Origin: Octopus bimaculoides
Lineage: Eukaryota
Assembly: GCF_001194135.2 (NCBI RefSeq)
Contig: NC_068992.1
Location: forward strand, 49,835,346-49,899,345
Direction of reading: 5' to 3'
Length of the DNA stretch: 64,000 bases
A model generated the notes under the pieces. It worked only from the letters and a program-made list of their open reading frames with translations. It made no database searches and was not told where the DNA came from. Positions 27,091 through 38,881 of this stretch are shown piece after piece. A program made the translations under genes and the position numbers. The stretch's first letter is position 1, and the number at the start of each line of letters is the position of its first letter.

Positions 27091-27314
27091 CAGGGTTGAC
27101 CAAAAGTCACCTGACAGTAAATCAAAACCATTTAATTCCAAGATTTATTTATGTTTAACAACTGAATGAATTTAATAAAAGCATCTAAATATGAAACATC
27201 ATGAAAATTGTTCAAACTGAAGTCCTTCTTGAGCGACACATTTTTCCATCCGAGTCAATACAGAATTACAGACAGAATTTTGGTTTACTGTCGGGTAACT
27301 TATGGCCAAACCTG
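27091..27314. mobile_element. Tc1/mariner MITE with 30-bp TIRs
   Basis: CAGGGTTGACCAAAAGTCACCTGACAGTAA versus the reverse complement of the right end, CAGGTTTGGCCATAAGTTACCCGACAGTAA (25/30 identical); TA flank on the right. Confidence 0.85.
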
Positions 27315-28055
27315 TACATACATACACACACACACGTTACCTAATTTTTACAGCCCATTTCAATAAATAATTGTTTTAATTTTTGTTTCTTATGGACATC
27401 AATAAAAGCCGCCCTCTAAGATTTATATGGTTCTGATTTGCTCGTCCATGCGCTCGACAGTGGTTTCTAAAAGTGGGTGGTACATCCCCAGTCCCTGGGG
27501 GCGGTGGAAAGTTCCAGGTGGTGGTGGGAATGGCGTTGAAGAAAAGTGGAGCGGAAATGGGGCGGCCAAAAGTGGGTTGGGAGTGATGGATGCAAAACCA
27601 GCAAAATAATGGGTTAATTATTTCGAAGTCACTGATAAAATTATTCTTCACACACACACATCAGTATCCTTTCGTGTGTCTTGGTGGGTATTCGATAGCC
27701 GTTAAAGGGCACGGGACTTTAAAATCCCCTTACAGTTTATCCCCTCTCAAATGGTGTGGTCCCATCGATCGGGGTCAGCTGAAACATTAGGGGAGCTCGA
27801 TTAGCATATTTTGTCAGCAGGAGATGGGATTTGAAGTGAAAAATGGCAAACAAAATGGAATACTGCAAGTCATCCGATCCAAAGCTCTAGCGCCATATGT
27901 GTGTGCATAGGGGTATGTGTGTGTGTGTGTGTGTGTGTACATGTCAGAGTCTGTGCGTATATGTGCATGTATATGCACGTATGTGTATATATATTGTGTG
28001 TATATATATATATCTATATGCATACACATGTTCATAGGCATACATACACACACGC

Positions 28056-28086
<31 letters not shown>

Positions 28087-28749
28087 CATATATATATACA
28101 TGCATACATATATACACACACATATATACATTACATGCACACGGTCACACATGTGCACACAGACTCTCTCTTACATTCATTCATAATGCATACATAGATA
28201 TTACATATTTACACACACACACACTCACTCACACACATGCCCACAACACATACATATATTTAAAAAAAAAACGTTTCACTTTGTAACTGAAAGCTTATCG
28301 AACCGTCACCGTTATTGATCTGTTGTTACATTGCTACATTTCCTCGCCATGACTGTTTGATATTATTTTTATCATACATCAGTACAAGAGCTGTCGCCAA
28401 TGGTGCTTCCCCCGCTCCATCATGATATGAGCGCGTGCGTGCGTGTGTAAAAATACCTCGAAGCTAGTTTATTGATGTTGGAAACGTTTAAAGTCTTGCT
28501 TGCACTTGATTCTTTATTGTAGGTATTAACATAAACTCTTGTTCTGTCCTCTCTTGCTAAAAGCAAAACAGAGGGAAAATAATAGAAAGTAGAAGTAAAA
28601 CAAAATGTAATAAAAGCAGGCATCTCTGCGTGGGCCCCGCTAACTTTTTGACAAGGAAATCATTTATTGCAATAGTTTAAAAACACACGTTAAATACCGC
28701 GCGCTCACTTGTATGTATGTATGTATGTGTGTTTCAAGAATAATTTTTT

Positions 28750-28791
28750 CAGTGACTTCGAAGTTTCGGTCTGCAAGCCTTCATCAGACTG
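28750..28791 (-). ncRNA. Minimal type-I hammerhead ribozyme motif (Penelope-type)
   Basis: Minus strand reads CAGU-CUGAUGA-AGGCUUGCAGACC-GAAA-CUUCGAAG-UC-ACUG: 4-bp stem I (CAGU/ACUG), canonical core sequences, weak stem II, palindromic stem III and a GUC cleavage triplet. Confidence 0.75.
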
Positions 28792-28849
28792 TGGTACATT
28801 TGAGTCCATCTTGGCTTTATATTGTCTCTGGAAAGTTTATATTTTTCTG

Positions 28850-29076
28850 GGATGTTTCCACTCTGGAATGTTTCCACTTTCACACTGAGTTGCTTCGTGT
28901 GGGGAGACCACAATGGGCAAGAATATTCAAGGCGGGGGTCGGGTAAAAGTAGAGTAGAAAAGGGTGATGATGTGGGCATCACTAGACCGGAAAGTTCTTA
29001 GAATCCAGGAGAACGTCTTGCGGGCCAAGTCAACCTTGCTGTTTACGTGAGAACTCCAGCTTAGATTGTTATCAAC
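28850..29076 (-). mobile_element. CR1/Jockey-like LINE RT C-terminal fragment
   Basis: [33 protein letters not shown]...(frameshift)...[13 protein letters not shown]. Confidence 0.85.
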
Positions 29077-29084
29077 AATTACTC

Positions 29085-29179
<95 letters not shown>

Positions 29180-30439
29180 TTGTATGTACACACACACATA
29201 CACACAACACATATACATACATATGAGTATGAATGCATGCATATATACATACATGATGGCCTTTTCTTCGTTCTCAAACATAAGATGACAATACTGGTAC
29301 ATCAAGCGATACTTGTACATGATGCATTTTAAAGAGAGGAGAGGCATTGCACACAACTGATCTAACTCTCTAAACAACGATGATAGATACCCCAAAAAAG
29401 AACTAGTCAATATCATTGGCTGCCATTGATTTGCAGGTTTAACATTAGTTTCCCTTCTCTTGGAGTGATTTCCTAACAAGGACGTACACACACACACGCG
29501 ATTAACCAGAAAACACGTATCAACATGCGTGGTGTGTTCCAATACTTCTTAAGAAACACAATCAGACAGAAATGAAAGTGAAAGTGAAACAGGTTTGTTT
29601 TATTCATTTTTCTGCTGGGAGGATTAAAACAGTTTGAAACATTAAATAATCTTATTTCTCGTTACTGACTTCAGTTTTCAGCTTTTATTTCCTCAAACTT
29701 GGTCACTGTTCACATTTTAAAACAACCATGAAGCAAGTAAGCTTACCAACACCAGTATAAACTTTATCAAAATATAGATATACATTATACACACGCTCGC
29801 TCACTCACGTACAGGTGCACACGCGATTACACACACACACACACATGTATGTATGTATACACGCCTTCTCAATGACTGAGGTGCATAAAATGATGGAAGG
29901 GAATACATTTTCCTGGTGATTATTCTATGGTCTTTTTACAGTACGTATGCTCTTTTATCTTTTTATGTTATAATTTTCTCGTTAGTGGTTAAATTATCGA
30001 AATTTTGATTATCGATACATATATATGTACACACAGATAAGCAAGCATATGCAACAAACAAAATCAAGTACATAAATGTATATACATTAGCATGTGTGTG
30101 TGTGTGTGTGTATATGTGTGAGTGAGCGCGCATGCGCGTGTGTGTACGTATGTTTGTATATATATATGTGTGTGTGTGTGTGTATATATGTGTGTGTGTG
30201 TGCTTGCGTACGCGCGTGTGTGTATGTATGTATGTATTTATGCGTTTTGTGTATACGCCTGTGTGCGTTTGCTGAGTGCGCGTGAGTGTTTGTGTGTGCC
30301 TATACCTTTATTTTAAAAATATAAGGAAAAGACAACAACAAAACAAAGAGTATACCCCTTCGTCAGTTGTCCCTCTTCCATCTACTCCGCATATATATAT
30401 ATATATATATATATATTCATGCATACACATCTACATACA

Positions 30440-30490
30440 TGTTCGGATTTCGCTCTGGTCATGGGACTATCGACATGATCTTTTCCCGTC
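30440..30490 (+). mobile_element. Tiny RTE-type reverse transcriptase remnant
   Basis: FGFRSGHGTIDMIFS resembles the RT motif 'CGFRxGRGTIDMIF'. Confidence 0.5.
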
Positions 30491-31754
30491 CTCCATTCAC
30501 AATCATGTTTGAGTTTGCGCTAATTCAAGTAACTTTGCTTTTGATTTTTCTCAATATTCTTGCCAATACATATCCAACTCTTCTTTTTTTCTACCTTATT
30601 TTTGCGTCCCCAAATTCAATTAACCTGACTTTAATCACACCTCACTTCCCTCCGCATCGTACAACTCCTACAAATCGACATCACCCCTCCGACTTTTTCT
30701 TTGTATCATTTCCATTCTTGGGTAGGAAGCAATGAAACCAATAATTTTCGTCTATTCTTTTACTATTTGCTGTGCTTTTCTTGTCTAATACAAAGCCGTT
30801 GGATTTAACTATAAAATTCAGGATGACTGGGGAAAAGACTACTAAGTGAAAGCGAATGGAGTAGTGTTAATAAGAATCGGAGAGGGATTGCGTTAAACTT
30901 CATGCTTATAGAGCTTTGATGCAGGGGGGGAAAAAAAAACTGAGGCATATTGCAAAAGCATCAAACATTGCAACGTCTACAGTGAGAACAACACATGACA
31001 ATAAAGGCAAAATTAGCTCAGGTGCTTAAGCAGCCACTCTGTTAACTGTCCGGATATTGTTTTCACGTGGATCTGATGTAAAATTTAATGTAGAGCGGCT
31101 CCTGAGTTTGAGGATCGATGAGCAGACTGGACATACCGGTCAGTCAAGCAAAAGATCAGCAGAAAGGGTAATGTGCTTTCTCTGATACTAAGTCTTTTCT
31201 AGCTAGGTAAAACTGTTTTGGAGAGTTTAAGAGGAATCTTAATGAACACAACATTAAAATTACTAGTGAAACTGTCGGTGCTGATATAGAGGTGACTAAC
31301 AATTATCCCAGGAGCGGACGGAAGACATCGTTGATTGACAACGTCCTCAAACGGGGAGAAAAACTTGTGGTGTCCAGTTGACCTGCAACAAATATATGCC
31401 AAACCTCCTTCAAATCAAAATACCATATTGAAAATCGATAAGCTCTAAACAGATGTCCTAGTTTGGAAGTAATTGAACATAGCGTTGCTTGATGAATATT
31501 GGCCTGGAGCTAAAGAACAACAGCAGCATCGCAGCAAAATGGACTTTAATGTCTTTAGACAGGGTTTTCGATATTTTGATGAAATAATTACTAAGGTATT
31601 GTTCAGTGTTTGCTCTACTATTTGGCTTGCACAGAGATTTGGCGATTTGGCGTTACAAAAACACTTATATTTACTTGTAATGCAACAGTTAAGTACAGGT
31701 AGGCGAAGCAACTTTAAACGTGGCTCGTGCTTCTGTGTATGTCTGTGTTTATTT

Positions 31755-31787
<33 letters not shown>

Positions 31788-31803
31788 TCTATGTCTCCTT
31801 ATT

Positions 31804-31927
31804 TCTTTCTGTTGAAGAGCGTAGGCTCGAAACGTTAAAGACTTTCTCTATTCCCGAGCGTTATATTAATACATCCATTTGTTGTTTACACCACCTGTCT
31901 TCGTCTGTTGTTTTTTCGTGAATTCTC

Positions 31928-31930
<3 letters not shown>
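31804..31930 (+). mobile_element. Short Penelope-like non-autonomous repeat carrying a hammerhead-like motif (copy 1)
   Basis: Near-identical to the reverse complement of 50178-50307; ends in an (AT)n tract. Confidence 0.6.
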
Positions 31931-31962
<32 letters not shown>

Positions 31963-32321
31963 NNNNNNNNNNNNNNNNNNNNNNNNNNNNNNNNNNNNNN
32001 NNNNNNNNNNNNNNNNNNNNNNNNNNNNNNNNNNNNNNNNNNNNNNNNNNNNNNNNNNNNNNNNNNNNNNNNNNNNNNGATAGATACGCATATATATATA
32101 TATATATATACATATACATAGATATATACTCACATACAAATATATTTGTATATACATACATACATACATGCATACATACATACATACAATTTGCAAGCGT
32201 GCACCTGTCTTGTTATTTTTCTTCTTAACAAATAAATTACAAGTGTATAGAATCTTAGCTGGTGTAGAACGTACAAAGGAATATGACAATGATGATGAGG
32301 AGGAGGAGGAAGAGTATAACG

Positions 32322-32383
<62 letters not shown>

Positions 32384-33574
32384 TCATAAATAAACAAACT
32401 TGTCAAACGAGATTAGATGTGTTTCTGCGGAAACCATTTCAATGGGTAGATTTTTAATCACATCAATGATCAATCATCGATTAGAATGGTATCAGTTTGC
32501 GTTGGAAAACTGGGACAGGTCAAAACATGTTATCACAGTTTATAAGACATAGAGTCGCAACAAAATACAGTCGCGTTTCAAAGTATCATTCAAATTTACA
32601 CACCTGCACATACGTCATAGCCACGTATATACACACACACATACACATGTGCACATGCACATACAAACACATGCACACACACACACACACACATAGTGTT
32701 TTCATCAATGTCTTTTTTCTTAAATCATACGCTCCTCATACCTGCCCATTTCTCCTCGCACTCCCCCCCCGCATCCTTCTCCTCTCCACGTCTTCCTCTT
32801 ATATGGAATACAATTACACCTACAAACCATCTTCTCACACTTCCACTATCCCACGCCACTACACGCTATCTTCCCACACCTCCACTACACCCATACTTTC
32901 ACACTGCGACACAAAGAAATCACACGCACACTTTTCCCTATGCCTGTCTCTATAAACGGATCCCTCCTATACATGCACACGCACAACCCATCTTCTACCT
33001 TCTCTTCCCCAACAAAACCGCATTCCCATCAGACTCCTGATTGCTTTCTTTTTCACTAACCAGCTTTTCTCATTTTTACTTTTTTAAAATTTTCTACTTG
33101 TCTGATGAAGGACTTGCATCCAAAACGTCGAGACACTTTCCTTTCCTTTTAAGCGCTAAACACTAATACAACACTTGTTAAAATGTATCACTCCCATGTA
33201 GTCTTCTTTATGTGCTCATTTCGTATGTGTGTGTGCGTGTGTGTGTATGTTTGTACGTTAACTAGAGGTTAACCAAGCAGCACTGAATGAAGTATAGGCG
33301 TGTACAATCATATTTAACATGTTCGTGTACATTCAGGCATGTGAGACCTTTGAGAGAGAAAATAGACTTAGGAGAAAATTCTCCTCGTAGACATGAGTAA
33401 AAATAGATCTTTAGCTATGAATAACGTTGTCGGTCCTACGACATATACGTTTCTGCATTGCAATACTTCATCAGCTATGACCACCGAATCAGTCGTTCAT
33501 AGTCCTCTAACAACCGTTGTTTTTATAAATAAAGACAGAGAATAGTACATTTGGTGATGTGTGTGTATACATAT

Positions 33575-33615
<41 letters not shown>

Positions 33616-35262
33616 GCAAGAGAAATTATCTATAACAGGCAGTTTCTACACACTAGAAGACGGTCAAAACGACCGAAAACCACAAAAATTAAGCCATTTC
33701 AAAAGGAAAGAAAAAATAGAAACTTTTACCTTGTTTTCACGGTTAGACCTATAGGTTTCGAATTCTTTTAGTAAATAAAATAATTTACTAGGCAAATTCT
33801 CTTCAGTAATCAGCCGTCAAAGATTAACCTATAACTAAGAGACAAATCGCACGTCTCATAGTTATATGTTAAAATTTTTTTCAAAATCCACACGCATGCA
33901 TATATGTAATACGCATCCATCTACCCATACATGCGTGCGTGCGTGTGCGTTAGCGTGTGTATGGTTTTGGTCATCTGTAAATTTGTTCGCCAGTGTACTG
34001 AGAATTTGTGGAAGGGAAAAGCAAACAAGTCTGGTCAACTCCCGCATGTAACTGGCGCCTGGTATTTTCGTGAGCATTATGTGTCAATTTCTTCAGTCCA
34101 CATTAGCTTTACGATTTTTCTTTTCCTTTCTTTTCTTTCCATTTTATTTTTCGCTTCACTGCTATCAAACTTTTAGAATGGATCTAAAAATAACATCAAT
34201 GGATGATTGACTTATTTTAGACAGTAATCTTTAGCTTTATTTTTTATTTTTACTGGTTTCAGCCAGAGTGTCTCCATTCTGGGGCACTGGTCTGAGTATG
34301 GTTGGTTATTTATCTTTTTGTCACACTCACTTCCTGGTTTTCTCTCTGTAACTGTTTCTAACGAAAAGCTTCCCATCTTTGTGTTTCCTGCATCAATGTG
34401 TGTTCATCGGTGTGTGTTCATCGGTGTGGGTTCATCAGAAAAAAATGTATTCAAATGTTCTTTGAAAACACCTACACCTCGCAAATCTCGGAAGTTGTTT
34501 GTTTCGTCGAGTGCCGAAAATTTGTAGGCCCTTGATGCCTAAGCTGTTACAGTACGAATCCCTGTTTTAGATAGAGAGGACAGGATCTTTGTTTCTTTTC
34601 CGTGATTGACAGTCATTAATCTATTTGGTATGATTGCTGGGATTATCTTGAGTGCTAAATTTGTTGCTACTCAGAACTTCACACCAAATATATTTGTTCA
34701 TAAAAGTACGTGTACATGCGTGCGTGTGTGCATGTTTGTGTATGTGTGTTTGCTGTTTTGGTGTATGGACTGTATCAATCTATTTTCCGCCTTCTTTCTT
34801 GACTATTCTTTGGTCAACGGGACATGCAACATCAACTATATAATATATGTGGCGCACCTTGTCCGCCACCACTCGGTCCGGTCTGTTATGCTAGCACCTG
34901 ATTTGTTTGGATTGGGAAATCCCAGAGGATTTTGCTAGTCTCCGACTCCGCCACTCTCTGCGGTTTGTGCTCATGACACGTCTTGCCTCGCCCTAGCCTC
35001 TACTTTTCACACAGTTTCCATTGTAGCACTTTCGCTACCTGATCGTGTCACCACAACTTGTCGTGGTTTGGGGCAAGTGTAGGGCATTTGCTTGTGATGG
35101 GTAGGCGTAGGGCATTCGTTCGCGATGGGTAAGTGTAGGGCATCACTGCAAGAATTCTTCGCAGGGTTCTTGAAGCATGACCAGTAAAGTGTCACCTTAG
35201 TCTGCTAGCCGTGGACAGCTGACACTTTCCATCATACCCAGCAAAATAAACTGTGAGGTTTC

Positions 35263-35309
<47 letters not shown>

Positions 35310-35697
35310 TGACGAACAATTACGCAGGTATTACGCAATAAGTTGCTGGAAAAATATTATTTTTGTTGTTGTCATTGTTGTTATTATTATTATTATTTAT
35401 CGAACCCGAAGGTATGAAAGTGAAAATAGATCAACGCGGCACTTGAAGTTCGGACGTAAAGTGAACATACGTAATATGGCGACGTATGTTTGTCCGCCTC
35501 TATTGATTTGCCATTTATTGCCCTCAATAAATGGCAGATCATTAGAGTGTTACCAGCAGCCATGTAAAATTCTAGTAATTCTATTTGCTAAAGTTAAGGT
35601 ATGGCTAAACAGAAATGATTTTTCAATGAAATAACGTAATGAGAAAAAAAAAAAACTGGATCATCAACAAGCAACTACAAATGTTTATTAACCAATC

Positions 35698-35792
<95 letters not shown>

Positions 35793-37731
35793 AAGAGAGA
35801 AGAGAGAAAGAGAGAAGAGAGAGAGACCACGCATTATTACAGTCACGTGTTTTTTTGTTCCAAGTTTGCGACAAGCAGCATTGTACTGCGATATCGATGT
35901 CTTACTGCAGATTATTTCTTATTTCAAGGTTTGGTCCACCTGAGAATTAGGGTTGTGTTACTATTGTTGCTATTGCTGTTGTTATTGTGGTTGTAGTTAT
36001 TGCTGCGGTTACAATTGTTGCTGTTGTTGCAATTGTAGTTGTATGTTGCTATTGTTGTGGCTGTGGCTATTGTCACTGTCGTTGTTGCTACTGTTTAGCC
36101 CCATATCAACACTGATCGAACAAATCTCTTGTCAAACGTATTCCAATCATGGACATCCCATCGATTTGTACATCAGGGATTACATTACCCAGTGTGTTTT
36201 ACTTCGTTTAAAACAGTTGAGAGTGAGTAGTGCGTTATGATGAGGAGATTTTGCTACTATTTTCAGCTGCTCAGGGACCTATATACAGGTTTCTTCACTA
36301 GCAAGTGAAAATTTGACACTTAACAGATTTTGCCAAGTTTGACCAAGACTATTTGTCTCTTATTAAACGATACAGAGGCGTGACTAGTCATGCGAAGTTA
36401 TAAATAAACAGCACCAATGGAACCCAGTTCCTTTTCTTGTTGCTGCTGTTACAGCTACTGCTGCTGCTGCTGCTGTTGTCTAGCTTCGAGAAAGATCTAA
36501 TCGACTAAATCAATTGTCAAAAGTGGTCTTGCGATTTTCTCATCGGTTCTGTATATCAGACACAAACAACACTGCCCAATATGTATTTAAATATTCATTT
36601 CTATCTTCAGACAGTGGTTTGAGGGGAATTTCGCTGTTATCTCTTGCAGACTGGGTCGACTTCTGATTTCAGCAATAGCAAGAGTCGAACTCTGTACGGC
36701 AAGCAACGATCGACAGAAAAGAAATATCGTTAAGAACATCAATTGATATTATTGTTTTTACTCTAAGGCACCACTACGTTGTCGCTTGACTTGCAAGACA
36801 TAATAGTCAAATTTCCCTTCAACTATTCATCAGCGTTTTAAAGAAGGAAACGATACTTTAGACAATGTGATCCTAGATACTCCTAAATACGCGATGATCA
36901 AATCGGTTTCAGCCCATGACCATACAGACAGAACACAAATTTACTACTACTGATATGAGATTGGGTTAGAATAATGCGGAAAGTTAGCCTTGAAGAGAGG
37001 AAAATTAATTAAGAATACTAATATTAAGTTAGATATGATAGAGAGATAAAATGATTAGACCAAATACAGACGTACAAATACTTGGGAGTTAATGAGCTAA
37101 ACAGAATATAACACGCACAAGCGAAAGAAAAGTTTAGGAAGGACTATTACAGACGTATTAGATTAACATATATAACATACCAATAAGGTAATATGCATCA
37201 ATACTTTGGCTATTCCAGTAATAATTTATAATTATATTCTCAACTGGGGGAGGGATAAGTCCATTAAAGGGTTGCATTCAGAAGACAACATCTGAAAATC
37301 CAAAACAGAGACTATATTAACGGTAAATACATGAAGATAGAACTTTAGGAAACTAGAAAATGGAAGTAAAATATCCATTGTAAGGCAACAAAAATATTTG
37401 ACAAAGAATGAAGTTAAATAACTAGCAGGATTATACGAACGACACAGAAATAAACTGTTATTTATTTTTAAGGATGCCAACAAATATAAAAGAGAAGCTG
37501 AGTTAAAAAATAATTGTAAGTATTAATAGAATTGAGTACCATCCACGGAAATTACCGGAAAAAAAGAACAAACAAACGAAGTTCTAAGTTGATAAAGAGA
37601 TGAGAGGATGTAGTGTTTAAGATGACGGCAAGCAAAGATTCTAGCAAGTGCGAGGGATATTTGAGCACACTTAATTATCAGAATGTTACTCTCCTCAAAT
37701 CAATTGAAAGGTCTTTATTTATTTCATATAT

Positions 37732-38881
37732 TACAGGGCAGATAAAATGCTAACACAAAAAATATTAAGACTTGTCGTCATTATTGTCACATGTGGAGAA
37801 CAGAGATTTAGAAATTATCGACTTTCTAAATGTTGCAAGGTCTCTTGTACACAAGGTTCAGATGGAAATGGAAACCTCTGGCGGGAGCGTTTCAATTATA
37901 TCAAAAGAAAACACATTCTAAATGTTCAGATACTATATGGATAACGCAATTCATCCAACGGGTTCAAACATTATCGGTGATAATCCCGGAAAATCAATGA
38001 GGGCCATCGACAAAGAACTTAACGTATCGGAGTGGATTATCAAAACTGTGGAACACGAAGACATCTGATACAAGTCGTATGTAATAAGAAGAGGCCAATT
38101 CGTGGCTATAGACACAGGAAAACCATTTGATCCATGCTAGGCTGTTATTTACAAAGGTTAAAACTCCCCACCACATGGCATTCTCTGATGAGAAAAACTT
38201 CAACGAAAGCCAAAAGTCTGGCGGAAGAAATGACAGATTCATTTCCGGACCGAGTGCATGATGTTGAACGGCTCTAAGAGGTGACCATTCACTCTGACCA
38301 CTGAACAGATGACGCTGTGCATTGCAGCGATCCAGCCCCTGAACACAGGCTCCTCAGCTCGCAAAACTGGGAATTCTTCCATTCTGTTGCCAGTTGTAGT
38401 AAACAGTTGAGCGAAGCTCTGCTGAAAGGCCGCACACATCTGTCTCGGATAAGTTATCATTTGCCCGTCGTGGTCCAGCAAGGATCGGATCGTGGATTTA
38501 TTGCCACGCCGTGGTGCCTCTGTCACTCTGGCCCATTGAACGGCTTTCGTCCCTTCGTGTCTAAGTGCTCGTACCTTAGCTCTGACAACTCAACCATCGT
38601 GTTTCGCGTTGAAGAATAAATCGAGCGCCAATCTCGCTGCGAGTACGTCGATCGCGATGCCTTTTCTAAAAGCCTCGTCTAACTTTTTGACTAGCCCTGC
38701 CTCTATTCTGTTTCTTTCTACTGCTAGTCCTTTGCTGAACCTTATCGATTGTCTTTTAATCGCCCTTTTCAGGGCGGACCACTATTTATTGTTAATTATA
38801 GCCCCCTCCCCGATAATAATAGTAACGTAATATACTTGAAATATCAAATGTTTTGGTGCGTAACTTTTGCCCCACCCTGTA
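37732..38881 (+). mobile_element. Mariner transposase pseudogene interrupted by a LINE fragment; right TIR at ~38862-38881
   Basis: Frameshifted DFLNVARSLVHKV...NPGKSMRAIDKELNVSE...FSDEKNF; terminus aacttttgccccaccctgTA. Confidence 0.8.
38240..38800 (-). mobile_element. Tx1/L1-like LINE ORF2 fragment nested in the mariner
   Basis: GC-richer block translating EAPRRGNKSTIRSLLDHDGQMITYPRQMCAAFQQSFAQLF, resembling the inter-domain region between endonuclease and RT. Confidence 0.6.

Noticed and set aside
31473-31838. 121-aa plus-strand ORF and overlapping minus-strand ORF
   Set aside because: No family motif, the ORF runs into a (CA)n tract, and there are no convincing splice boundaries.
38185-38208. 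CTGATGA...GAAA hammerhead-like spacing
   Set aside because: It is the mariner FSDEKNF coding motif and has no stems I-III.
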